Position numbers and translations under genes: made by a program
Source of the DNA: Sandaracinaceae bacterium
GTDB lineage: Bacteria > Myxococcota_A > Polyangia > Polyangiales > Houyiibacteriaceae
Length of the DNA stretch: 64,000 nt
Reading direction: 5' to 3'
Assembly: GCA_020633055.1 (NCBI GenBank)
Contig: JACKEJ010000004.1
Span: 641,914 to 705,913, forward strand
Shown here: positions 25,894 through 35,099 of the stretch, piece by piece
Layout of the letters: every line of letters starts with the position of its first letter
Numbering within the stretch: the first letter of the stretch is position 1
The notes under the pieces: generated by a model
What the model was told of the DNA's origin: nothing
The model's input: only the letters and a program-made list of their open reading frames with translations
Database searches by the model: none

Positions 25894-28800
25894 TCAGTCG
25901 TGAGGCCCCACGGCGCGCCCCAGGACGGCGTCGCGGATGGCGGCCAGCTCCAAGCCCAGCCCGCTCAGCGTACCCGTCAGGCGGGTGACCGGGTCCTCGT
26001 CCGCGCCGCCCATCGTCTTCTGGCGCCGGAATTCGCCCTTGATCTCCGCCCAGCGCTGCGCCTCCGCGGCGCTCAGCCTCCCGCGCAGCTCGGCCAGCTT
26101 GAGTAGGTTCTGCTCGGCGCCCGTGGTCAGCGTCTGGGCCTCGCCGCGGTAGTGATCGTCGACCAGCGTCTGCAGCTCGTCCGCGTTCATGGCCGCCACC
26201 ACCTTCTCCGCGATCTTGTTCATGTTGCGGTAGCTGCCCTGCAGCTTGAAGGGCGGCTCGGTGCGGTAGGCGTCCGCTTGGCTGGCCGAGCGCACGTACT
26301 CGGCGTTGACGCGCAGGAGCACGTCGCGCGCGGTGAAGAGGTGACGCAACACCGCGGTGATCGCGTTGAGCTCGGCCGCGCTGTAGGGGTGGCTGAGCTC
26401 GCTGCTGGGCACGGTCTCGCCGCGCGCCATGCGCACCAGCGCGCGCAGGTCCTTCGGGTCGCGCCCGGCCAGCGGCGCGAGCACCGCGTTCGAGGTGAGC
26501 GCGTTCTCGATGTAGCTGAGCGCGAAGGCCTCCTCGCGCCCGCTCAGCACGTCGCCCAGGTTGTAGGTGTCGGCGCGGTTCGCGAGCATGTCCGGGATCT
26601 GGAACTTCTCGCCGCTCTCCGTGTAGGGGTTGCCCGCCATCACCACGGCGAGCTTCTTGCCGCGCAGGTCGTACGTGCGCGTGCGCCCACGGAACACACC
26701 CTCGATGCGCCGCTGCCCGTCGCACAGCGAGATGAACTTCTGCAGCAGCTCGGGGTGCGTGTGCTGGATGTCGTCGAGGTAGAGCATCACGTTGTTGCCC
26801 ATCTCGAACGCCAGGTTGATCTTCTCCACCTCCTGGCGCGCCGTGGCGTTGGGGGCCTCGGCCGGGTCCAGCGACAGCACCTGGTGCCCCAGCGACGGCC
26901 CGTTGACCTTGACGAAGGCGAGACCCAGCCGGCTGGCCACGTACTCCATGAGCGTGGTCTTGCCGTAGCCCGGAGGAGAGACGAGCAGCAAGAGGCCCAT
27001 CAGGTCGGTGCGCTTGGTGGCCCCCGCCGCGCCCATCTGCTTCGCGAGGTTGTCGCCCACCATGGGCAGGTAGACCTCGTCGATCAGCCGGTTGCGCACG
27101 AAGGACGTCATCACGCGCGGCCGCAGCTCCTCGAGGCGCAGGCGCGCGGCCTCGGCGTTGATGAGCTCGTGGCGCAGGGCGCGCAGCGCGCGGAAGGCGG
27201 GCACCTGTTCGCGTTGGTAGCGGCGCAGGCGCGGCAGCAGCTCGTCCACGCGCAGGCCAAGGCGGCGGTCCACGATGCGCGGGTGCTGCCCCAGCAGGTC
27301 GGTCGCGTCGGCCTGCAGCAGCGCCGCCGAGGCCTCGTGGTTGATGACGCTCTCGCTCAGCCACAGCGCGGCCGCCTCGTGCAGCACGGGCTCGGGCGGG
27401 GGCGCGTCCAGCGTGCGCCCAAAGGCCGTGAGCCACGCCAGCGCGACGCCGTGTTGCGCTGGCAGCTGGTGGCTCAGCCCGCTCAGCTCCTCGTCCAGGT
27501 CGCGTCGCGTGCCGTCCAGGTCCAGGCGCTGCTGCAGACGTTCGCGCAGCTTGGCCGCCTCCGCGGAGACGATGAAGCGCGTCTGCGGGGCGCGCAGGAT
27601 CTCGGCCAGGTAGGCCCCCGCTTCGGCGGCGAGCCCAGGCGCCGCGAGCCGCGCCGCGGTCTTGGCGAGGCCCGAGGTGGCCAGCATCTCGGCGATGCGC
27701 TGCCCCAGCTCGTCGGCCAGCTCGGCGAAGGCGCGCCCCTCGCCAAAGCGCTCACGCAGCCGCCCGAGGCTGCGCGCGCGCCGCTGCCAGTCGTCGCCCT
27801 CGGCGGCGCCCACGCGGTGCCCCCAGAAGAGCATGGCCGCTGCGCGCGCCTCCCCCGCGAAGCGCAGCGGACCAGCGGACTCGAGTAGCGTGAGGAGTCG
27901 CTCGAGGATCGCGGCCGCGTCGGCGTCGTGCACGCCGCGCTCGTAGCCCTCGTCGTAGCGGTCGCGCGCGCGCGCCTGCACCAGCGCCAGCAGCCCGCCC
28001 GGCTCGCGCTGGGCCGCGTGCAGCGCCGCGAGCGTCAGCGCGCCCTCGCCGCCCGTGGGCTCGGCCCCCAGCGTGCTGGGCTCCTCGGCCTCGAACAGCA
28101 GCGTCGCGGCCAGGTACTCGCCGCGGTAGACCTCGGGGCTCTCGCTCACCAGGCTCTGCTCGAACAGCGGCCTTAGCGCCTCCAGCTGCGGGTGCTCGGC
28201 CTGCGTGAAGTAGTCCGTGCCCGCCACATGGAAGCTGAGGCCTCCCGCGCGCGGCACCAGGCTCAGCTCGAAGGGCTGGTCGTTGACGCTGAATTCGTGC
28301 CGTCCGAAGCGGATGAGGTCGCCCCCGCTACCGAACAGGTCCAGCTTGTCGCGCAGCCCGCGCAGCGCGTCCTGCCGCGCCGACTTGGTCTTGCTCTCCA
28401 CCTCGTCCGCGTGCACCGCGCCGCCCAGCGCGCGCAGCTTGTCGGCGATCTCGCGCAGCTTCAGCAGCATGGGGTCGGCCGCGAAGTAGGCCTCGAGCCC
28501 CTCGGTCTCGCCGAAGCTGGCCGCGCGCCGGCGCACGCCCGTCAGGATGCGCTCGGCGGCCCCCACCAGGTTCTGGACGCGGCGGTTGCGCTCATCCAGC
28601 AGGCGCTGCTTCTTGGCGTCGAACGCGCTCTGGATCTCCTCGCGCTTCTCGGCGATGTCGGACAGGAACTCGTCCAGCTCGCTGAAGCGCGCCTCGAGCT
28701 CCTCCACCTGCACCATCAGGCGCGTCAGCTCGGTGTCGCAGCCCTCTGGGGTCTCGGCCGCCGCCAGCGCGCTGGCCACCGACTGCGACAGCAGCTGGAA

Positions 28801-30930
28801 CTGCGCGGCGAACTCGGCCTTGCCCTCGGCCGCAGCCAGCGACTTGCGGCGCGCCTGGGCCACCGCACGCACGCGGTTCTGCTGCCCGAGCACGGCGCTG
28901 ATGGCCTCGAGGATGCGCGTGCGCACCGTGGCGTCGTCCACGCTCAGCCCGGCCACCACCTCGCTGATGACCGTGAGCCCCTCGCTGACCTCCACCAGCC
29001 GCGCGTCCAGCGGGACCATCTCCGTCACACGGGTGACGTCCGCCACCTGGGCCTCGATCTCGGTCAGCTCCTGGGCGATGGGGCGCAGCGCCTGGTCCCC
29101 GGTCAGGAAGTGCACGCAGGTCTCGCTGACCTGCTCGAAGGCCTGCTTGGCCTCCTCGCGCAAGCCCGCCACACGGCCCAGGTCCATGAAGCGCAGGTCC
29201 TCGAGGGCCACCAGGCGCCCTTGGTGACGCCGCAGCGACGAGAGGGTCTGCATGTACGCGGCCACGCTCCCCTGCTCGCTGCGCGCCGCATCGAGCAGGG
29301 CCACCTGCTGCCCGCGCGCTTCATCCAGAGCCGCCTTGGCGCGGTCGCGCAGCGCCAGCACCTTCTCGAACTCGCCGACGATGCTGTCGGCCGTGGCCCG
29401 CAGCTCGATCAGCGGGCGACGCAACGCCACCTCGGCCTCGTCCAGCCAGAAGTACGCGTCGAGCGCGCGGTCGACGGCGCGGATCAGGTCCTCGAACGTG
29501 TGCCGCTGCGGCTCGGCGGTCTCCGTCAGCCGCCCGATGGCGTAGGCGTCCGAGAGCCCGCGCACCAGCTCGGCGTTGCCGATGCGCGCCATGAGCGAGC
29601 CGTCCGTGGGCGCCGCCGCGGCGACCTCCGCGGAACAGAACGGCGTCCGCCACACCTGCATCGGGTGCACGCGCGACGGCTCCGCGCTCTCGGAGCGGAA
29701 GACGATCATCTCGCCGTCGTCGAAGATGCTGTAGCCGTGGCACTGGATGGGCGTCTGCATCTCCTTGCGGATGAGGTTGTAGGGCAAGAGCGCGTAGCGC
29801 CCGCTGACGCGCTCGTGGAACACGTAGAGCACGTCCTCGCCGTTTGGGGCCCGCACCGAGGTCTTCAGCTCCATCCCGGCGGGCTGCGCGTCGAAGACCT
29901 TGTAGTCCCCCGTCTGCAGGTAGTAGCCGCCCGGGAACACGATGCCGTGCCCCTCGGGCAGCTGACGGCACGCCTGCCCGATGGCGTCCAGGCGTACCAC
30001 CCGCTGCGCGCGCGGGTCGTACACCAGGTAGCGCGGCTTCTCCTCGCGGAACGGGTGGACGCGCAGCAGGATCAGGTCCCCCACCTTGGCGTAGCGGAAT
30101 TCACCGTCGTCCAGCGTCTGATTCACGTCGTCGACGGGCTCGCTGTAGATGCCCCGGCCGGTGCTCGTGTTGTTCTCGACCTTGATCGTCAGGTCCCCGC
30201 CCAGTGTCTCCACGAAGAGCGTGTCGAGGATGTTCAGGTGCGGGTGCGTGCCCGTGACCTGCGCGTCACGCCCCGCCAGCACCCACTTGAAGTCGTAGGG
30301 CTCGGGGAAGACGTGGTCGCGGTCGCCGCGGTTGTCCACGTAGCGCACCGACCCGTCGGGCTCGATGCTCCAGCGCAGCACCTTCACGTCGCGCGTGGTC
30401 GCGCCCGTCTGCACCACCGCCAGCAGCTTGCCGGCGGTGCGTCGCAGCTGGATCAGCTTGGCGTCGCGGTAGTAGCGAAACAGCTCGTTGAAGTCGGCGA
30501 CGAAGCGTGGGTCCTCGAGCAGCTGCGCGTCCTCGCCCCCGGCCGGCACGTGCCCGAGGTCGTAGTCCCCGTTCACGTGCTCGAAGCGGTGCAGCGAGAG
30601 CACGTGCTGCACGTCCACCTGCTCCTTGAGCTGGAACTCGACGGCGTAACCGAACAGCAAGCGCCCGCGCACCTGGACGATGTCGCGCGGCACGCACGCG
30701 TGCTCCGTGCGCACCCGCACCTGCCCGAGCACCTCGAGGGCCGAGCTGCCGAAGGTCTCGACGCGCCGTTGGTTCAGCCCGTCGAGGCGCTCCCGCAGCG
30801 CGACCCCCTGGGAGAGGAGCCGCCTGCGGATGACCTCGTAGTCCGCGCCGCTCTGCGCTTCGGCGTCCACGCCCCCATTCGGATCGGGGGCACCGGGCGC
30901 AGCGGACGCTGCCGTTCCGTCGTTGGCCAT
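25894..30930 (-). CDS. giant (1678 aa) coiled-coil protein with C-terminal MoxR-like AAA+ ATPase domain
   Basis: Single ORF whose start lies 8 bp after the flotillin stop. N-terminal ~450-aa globular region, ~600 aa of heptad-rich helix, then Walker A LLLVSPPGYGKTT (about 26955-26996), Walker B VMLYLDDIQ and an AVVMAGNPYTESGEKFQIPDMLANRADTYNL sensor segment resembling MoxR/RavA. Confidence 0.85.
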   Translation of the reverse strand: MANDGTAASAAPGAPDPNGGVDAEAQSGADYEVIRRRLLSQGVALRERLDGLNQRRVETFGSSALEVLGQVRVRTEHACVPRDIVQVRGRLLFGYAVEFQLKEQVDVQHVLSLHRFEHVNGDYDLGHVPAGGEDAQLLEDPRFVADFNELFRYYRDAKLIQLRRTAGKLLAVVQTGATTRDVKVLRWSIEPDGSVRYVDNRGDRDHVFPEPYDFKWVLAGRDAQVTGTHPHLNILDTLFVETLGGDLTIKVENNTSTGRGIYSEPVDDVNQTLDDGEFRYAKVGDLILLRVHPFREEKPRYLVYDPRAQRVVRLDAIGQACRQLPEGHGIVFPGGYYLQTGDYKVFDAQPAGMELKTSVRAPNGEDVLYVFHERVSGRYALLPYNLIRKEMQTPIQCHGYSIFDDGEMIVFRSESAEPSRVHPMQVWRTPFCSAEVAAAAPTDGSLMARIGNAELVRGLSDAYAIGRLTETAEPQRHTFEDLIRAVDRALDAYFWLDEAEVALRRPLIELRATADSIVGEFEKVLALRDRAKAALDEARGQQVALLDAARSEQGSVAAYMQTLSSLRRHQGRLVALEDLRFMDLGRVAGLREEAKQAFEQVSETCVHFLTGDQALRPIAQELTEIEAQVADVTRVTEMVPLDARLVEVSEGLTVISEVVAGLSVDDATVRTRILEAISAVLGQQNRVRAVAQARRKSLAAAEGKAEFAAQFQLLSQSVASALAAAETPEGCDTELTRLMVQVEELEARFSELDEFLSDIAEKREEIQSAFDAKKQRLLDERNRRVQNLVGAAERILTGVRRRAASFGETEGLEAYFAADPMLLKLREIADKLRALGGAVHADEVESKTKSARQDALRGLRDKLDLFGSGGDLIRFGRHEFSVNDQPFELSLVPRAGGLSFHVAGTDYFTQAEHPQLEALRPLFEQSLVSESPEVYRGEYLAATLLFEAEEPSTLGAEPTGGEGALTLAALHAAQREPGGLLALVQARARDRYDEGYERGVHDADAAAILERLLTLLESAGPLRFAGEARAAAMLFWGHRVGAAEGDDWQRRARSLGRLRERFGEGRAFAELADELGQRIAEMLATSGLAKTAARLAAPGLAAEAGAYLAEILRAPQTRFIVSAEAAKLRERLQQRLDLDGTRRDLDEELSGLSHQLPAQHGVALAWLTAFGRTLDAPPPEPVLHEAAALWLSESVINHEASAALLQADATDLLGQHPRIVDRRLGLRVDELLPRLRRYQREQVPAFRALRALRHELINAEAARLRLEELRPRVMTSFVRNRLIDEVYLPMVGDNLAKQMGAAGATKRTDLMGLLLLVSPPGYGKTTLMEYVASRLGLAFVKVNGPSLGHQVLSLDPAEAPNATARQEVEKINLAFEMGNNVMLYLDDIQHTHPELLQKFISLCDGQRRIEGVFRGRTRTYDLRGKKLAVVMAGNPYTESGEKFQIPDMLANRADTYNLGDVLSGREEAFALSYIENALTSNAVLAPLAGRDPKDLRALVRMARGETVPSSELSHPYSAAELNAITAVLRHLFTARDVLLRVNAEYVRSASQADAYRTEPPFKLQGSYRNMNKIAEKVVAAMNADELQTLVDDHYRGEAQTLTTGAEQNLLKLAELRGRLSAAEAQRWAEIKGEFRRQKTMGGADEDPVTRLTGTLSGLGLELAAIRDAVLGRAVGPHD

Positions 30931-30937
30931 GGTGGGC

Positions 30938-33067
30938 TCAGTCCAGGCCGAGCTTGCGGGCCTCGGCCAACAGCTGCTTCAGCTTGGCCGCCTTCTCGGT
31001 GTCACCCCCCTGCGCGAGCCGCGCCAGGAGCGCGGTCACGCCGAGGTTCTTGAGGTCCTCGCTGCCCACGCGGGGCGCGCTGAGCACGTCCTTCACGTCG
31101 GCCACCAGGCTCTTGTCGCCGTCGAGGTAGTCCTTCAGCAGCGTCTTGACCGAGCTCGACCCGTCCACGAACGCGTCCGCGCTCTGGCCCAGCGTCACGG
31201 CCTTGACGAAGCGGTCGAAGAACTCGCCGTCACCACCCACGATGTTGATCTTGGCCTGCGCCATGGCCTGCGCCAAGACCTCGGCCTGCGCCTGCGCGAC
31301 GTGTTGCCGCACGGCGATCTGCGCCAGCTCCACCTCGCGCTCCTTGTCGAGGCGCAGGCGGAACTCCTCGTGCTCGCGGCCTACGCCGTCGAGCGCCTTC
31401 ATCGCGGTGGCCTTCTCGGCCAAGCCGGCGGCCTCGGCCACCAGCTTCTTCTCGATGGCCTGCGCCTCGGCCAAGCCGAGCTTCTCCACAGCCACCGCGT
31501 CGGCCTCGCGCACGTGCACGCTGGCCAAGCCTTCCTTCTCGAGGGCCGCCGCCGCCGCTTCCTTCACGCGCGCCGCGGACAAGCCCTTCTGCTCTTCACC
31601 GGCGGCCTCGGCCTCGAGCCGCTGCCGGATGACGTGCGCCTGGGCCACGCCCTCCTTCTCGATCGCGGCGGCGTTGGCCTCGCGCACGCGCACCTCGGCC
31701 AGGCCCTGGGCGGCCACCGCGGCCTGCTCGCCTTCCGCCATGCGCATCTTGGCGCGGGCCTGCTTGTCGGCGGCCTCGAGCGCCGCCTCGGCGTTGACCA
31801 GCGTCTGGCGCGCCGTGTGCTTTGCGGCCACCTCGGCGGCCTCGGCGGCCTTGATCTGCGTCACGTACGACTCCTCGGCCTGCGCCTCGGCGTGGATGAC
31901 GGTGGCGTCCTTCACGCGCTTCGCCTCGGCGACCACGCGCAGGTCCTTGATGCGCTCCTCCTCCTCGGCGACGGTCTTGTCCACGGCCACGCGGCCGCGC
32001 ACCACCTCGGCGATCTCGCGCTTCTTCACCTCGAGCTCGCGGTCCTTCTCGATGCGACCGAGCTCCGTCTCGCGCTCGCGGCTGATGGCCTCGAGCACGC
32101 GCGCCTTCTCCACGCGCTCGGTCTCGACGCCGATCTCGCGCTCGCGGTTCTTCACGGCCACCTCGGCCGCGCGCAGCTTGGCCTCCTCGGCCACGGCGAT
32201 CTCCTCCTCGTGCTTCTTGCGGAGGACCATCGTCTCCTTCATCTCGGCGTCCTTCACGCGCTGCGCAGCGTTCTGCTCACGCGCCTGGGCGATGTCGATC
32301 TCCTTGTTCTTGCGCGCCTCGGCGTCGGCCCGCTGCTGCTCGAACTGGAACACGGCCTCGTCCGCCGTGAGGTCCTGGCGGCCCATCTCCATGCGCTCCT
32401 TCTGGCGCAGCTGGTTCGTGTGCACGTTCTGCACCGCGGTCATCTCCGTGATCTTCCGGATGCCCTGGGCGTCCAGGATGTTGTGCGGGTCGAGGTGCTC
32501 GAGCGGGGTCTGCTCGAGGAAGTCGATCGCGGCGTCCTCCAGCACGAAGCCGTTCAGGTCCTGCCCGATGACGTTCACGATCTGGTCGCGGAACTCCTCG
32601 CGCTTGTTGTAGAGGTCCTCGAAGTCGAGCCGCTTGCCGACCGTCTTGAGCGCCTCCGAGAACTTGGCGTTGAAGAGGTCCTCGATGGTCGCCTGGTCGG
32701 ACGCGCGCGAGCAGCCGATGGCCTGCGCGACCTTGAGCACGTCGTTGACGGTCTTGTTCACGCGCACGAAGAAGTTGACCTTGATGTCCGCGCGGATGTT
32801 GTCGCGGCAGATCAGGCCCTCCTTGCCGCGGCGGTCGATCTCGATCGTCTTGACGGAGATGTCCATCACCTCGGCGCGCGTGATCACGGGGATGATCAGC
32901 CCGCCAGTGAACGTGACCTTCGGCTCACCGCGCAGCCCGTTGATGATCAGCGCGCGACCCTGGTCGACCTTGCGGTACATCTTCGCGAACATGGCGCCCA
33001 GGGCGATGACCAGGACACTGCCCACCGCCACCACGCCGCCCACCACCAGCATCTTCTCGCTCATCAC
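30938..33067 (-). CDS. flotillin-like SPFH/band-7 protein (YqiK family)
   Basis: N-terminal TM helix, then an SPFH domain (KVTFTGGLIIPVITRAEVMDISVKTIEIDRRGKEGLICRDNIRADIKVNFFVRV) and a long EA-rich coiled-coil 'flotillin' region. 709 aa. Confidence 0.9.
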   Translation of the reverse strand: MMSEKMLVVGGVVAVGSVLVIALGAMFAKMYRKVDQGRALIINGLRGEPKVTFTGGLIIPVITRAEVMDISVKTIEIDRRGKEGLICRDNIRADIKVNFFVRVNKTVNDVLKVAQAIGCSRASDQATIEDLFNAKFSEALKTVGKRLDFEDLYNKREEFRDQIVNVIGQDLNGFVLEDAAIDFLEQTPLEHLDPHNILDAQGIRKITEMTAVQNVHTNQLRQKERMEMGRQDLTADEAVFQFEQQRADAEARKNKEIDIAQAREQNAAQRVKDAEMKETMVLRKKHEEEIAVAEEAKLRAAEVAVKNREREIGVETERVEKARVLEAISRERETELGRIEKDRELEVKKREIAEVVRGRVAVDKTVAEEEERIKDLRVVAEAKRVKDATVIHAEAQAEESYVTQIKAAEAAEVAAKHTARQTLVNAEAALEAADKQARAKMRMAEGEQAAVAAQGLAEVRVREANAAAIEKEGVAQAHVIRQRLEAEAAGEEQKGLSAARVKEAAAAALEKEGLASVHVREADAVAVEKLGLAEAQAIEKKLVAEAAGLAEKATAMKALDGVGREHEEFRLRLDKEREVELAQIAVRQHVAQAQAEVLAQAMAQAKINIVGGDGEFFDRFVKAVTLGQSADAFVDGSSSVKTLLKDYLDGDKSLVADVKDVLSAPRVGSEDLKNLGVTALLARLAQGGDTEKAAKLKQLLAEARKLGLD

Positions 33068-33162
33068 TGTCTCCGTTCTGTCGCGGGCCTCGCGGCCTCA
33101 TCCCCTCGGACGTGGCGCGGCCTGCTCGATGAAGGGCAAACCGGCACCCCGAAGGCTTCATT

Positions 33163-33918
33163 TCAGGAATCGGACGGGTGCCCGTCCGATTGTGGGAGCA
33201 CCGCGCGCAGGGGCTCGACGTCGTACACGTCCGCCTCGGCGTGGTACCCGATGATCAGCGCCGCGTCGCCGCGCTTGAGCGCGCCTTCGTCGTCGCAGCG
33301 CACCCGCACGAGCAGGCTGGTTCCGTCCTCGTCGATGATGGCCTGGCCGTCGCGCGCGTCCACGCGCCCCGTACGGATGGTGCACGTGGTGCCCACGTAG
33401 CTCTGCTTGCTGCGCCCCTGGTGCACCACGAACAGCGGCCCGAGTGGGCGCGTGAGCAGCGACGCCACGGGCAGCGCCAGCACGAACGCCAGCAGCGCCA
33501 CGAGCAGCGCACCGAGCCACGCGGGGACGGGCAGCAGGGGCAGCAGGACACGGGCGCCGACATAGGCACAGACCCACCCGGCCAGGAGCACCACCGTCAG
33601 GGTCACGGTCAGGGGCGCGTGCCGCAGGCGCAGCACGGTCAGGATGGCCGCCAGGCCCGAGGCGCTGCCCTCCCCTTCGCCGCCTGCGTCTCCCCCGTCG
33701 GCCGCATCGCCTGCATCGCCGACGTCCGCGCCGTCCGCCACGTCGCCCACGCCGTCGGCGCCGACGTCCACGTCCCAGTCGAGGTCGCCGTCCACGCCGA
33801 ACACGTCGATGTCCAGGGCGCCCAGGATGACCGTGAGCCAGTAGACGAGCACGATGCCGAGGCCCGTGGTGTAGATCACCGTCGGGAAGCTGAGCACCGT
33901 CTGCAGGAAGTCCTCCAT
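33163..33918 (-). CDS. NfeD/YqiJ-like membrane protein (OB-fold C-terminus)
   Basis: TM helices, an acidic D/G-rich linker, more TM helices and a C-terminal OB-fold segment (TTCTIRTGRVDARDGQAIIDEDGTSLLVRVRCDDEGALKRGDAALIIGY). The classic partner of flotillin genes (yqiJ-yqiK arrangement). Confidence 0.8.
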   Translation of the reverse strand: MEDFLQTVLSFPTVIYTTGLGIVLVYWLTVILGALDIDVFGVDGDLDWDVDVGADGVGDVADGADVGDAGDAADGGDAGGEGEGSASGLAAILTVLRLRHAPLTVTLTVVLLAGWVCAYVGARVLLPLLPVPAWLGALLVALLAFVLALPVASLLTRPLGPLFVVHQGRSKQSYVGTTCTIRTGRVDARDGQAIIDEDGTSLLVRVRCDDEGALKRGDAALIIGYHAEADVYDVEPLRAVLPQSDGHPSDS

Positions 33919-34055
33919 AGGGGTCGGGAGCCTCTCACGCGCGCGGGTGGCCATGCAATCCACACCGGCAGGGCGCGACCTGTGGAGGGAAGCGGAGGGC
34001 TGCGCCAGCATGGCGCGCGCGGGGTCTCCGAAGGGGCAACCCGGGGTGGGCGGGT

Positions 34056-34913
34056 TTGTTCTGTGGGCCACGCCGATTTGGGCGGCCCGTGCACCGCGAA
34101 GGTCTTCGTTTGGTCATCGAGCGGCTCTTCGGATACGAGCGCGCCGCGCTGATCGGCTTGCCCGTGGAGCGGCTGGTGCCCGTCGAAGCGCGGCAGCAGC
34201 ACGTGCAGAAGCGCGAGCGATACGAGCGCGTGGGCCGGACGCGCTCCATGAGCGACCTCGACACCCTCGCCCCCGTCCGCCAGAACGGCGAGCTGGTGCC
34301 TGTGGAGATCAGCCTGAGCCCAGTGGACACGTCCATCGGCAAGCTGACCATCGCCATCGTGCGCGACGTGACCCGGCGACGGGCGTTGGAGGCCGACCTG
34401 CGCCACGCGAGCACGCACGACGGGCTGACGGGGCTGTTCAACCGGACCCACCTCGAGTCCGTCCGGTCGAGCCTCGAAGCGAGCGGCCAGATGGTCGGGG
34501 TCGTCCTGATGGACATCGACGGCCTCAAGGCCGTGAACGACACCTACGGGCACGAGGCGGGCGATCAGCTGATCAAGCGCGTGGCCGTGGTGCTGCGCGC
34601 CATGTCCGCGCCAGAGGACGTCCCCACACGTCTGGGAGGCGACGAGTTCGCGCTGCTGGTGCCGGGCACGGACGAGGCGGGTCTGGCCGCGAAGGTGGAG
34701 CTCTTGGGGGACGAGCTCGCGCGCCACAACGAGCTGCATCGCGGCCGGCCGCTCTCGTTCTCGCTCGGGGCCGCGTTGACGGAGCAGCGCGGCGGCATCG
34801 CGCTGGCCATGCGCGTGGCGGACCGCCGCATGTACGAAGACAAGCGCCAGCGGCGCAGGGCTCGCGGAGAGCCAGACGGGAGCGTGCCTCCTCCGTCTGC
34901 CACGCCCCGCTGA
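34056..34913 (+). CDS. GGDEF diguanylate cyclase with a partial N-terminal PAS-like segment
   Basis: DGLTGLFNRTHL...MDIDGLKAVNDTYGHEAGD...RLGGDEFALLVPG is an intact GGDEF. Only the second half of a PAS fold precedes it. Confidence 0.75.
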   Translation: MFCGPRRFGRPVHREGLRLVIERLFGYERAALIGLPVERLVPVEARQQHVQKRERYERVGRTRSMSDLDTLAPVRQNGELVPVEISLSPVDTSIGKLTIAIVRDVTRRRALEADLRHASTHDGLTGLFNRTHLESVRSSLEASGQMVGVVLMDIDGLKAVNDTYGHEAGDQLIKRVAVVLRAMSAPEDVPTRLGGDEFALLVPGTDEAGLAAKVELLGDELARHNELHRGRPLSFSLGAALTEQRGGIALAMRVADRRMYEDKRQRRRARGEPDGSVPPPSATPR

Positions 34914-35099
34914 TCGCATCGCGGCCACGCTGGAGAACTACGAGTACGCCGGCCGCGTGAGGCTGGGCGAACGCCCGGAGCACCCCATGCTCGCGCCGCG
35001 GCCCGCGCCGCGTTGACGCGAGGGGCGCGGGCGAGGGGCGAGGATGACGGCCGGCACGCGACCAGTCCCCGGCACCGTGACCCACGGTCGACCCCGCGC

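Noticed and set aside
25613-27436. 607-aa ORF treated as one gene
   Set aside because: It overlaps the giant ATPase gene in another frame. Only the final 67 codons (25613..25815), downstream of the ATPase stop, look coding.
28192-31053. 953-aa ORF on the plus strand, plus other long plus-strand ORFs at 26152..27888 and 30923..33400
   Set aside because: Antisense or shadow frames of the giant AAA+ and flotillin genes. Composition is dominated by R/A/L/G runs, with no motifs. The minus-strand genes carry Walker and SPFH motifs.
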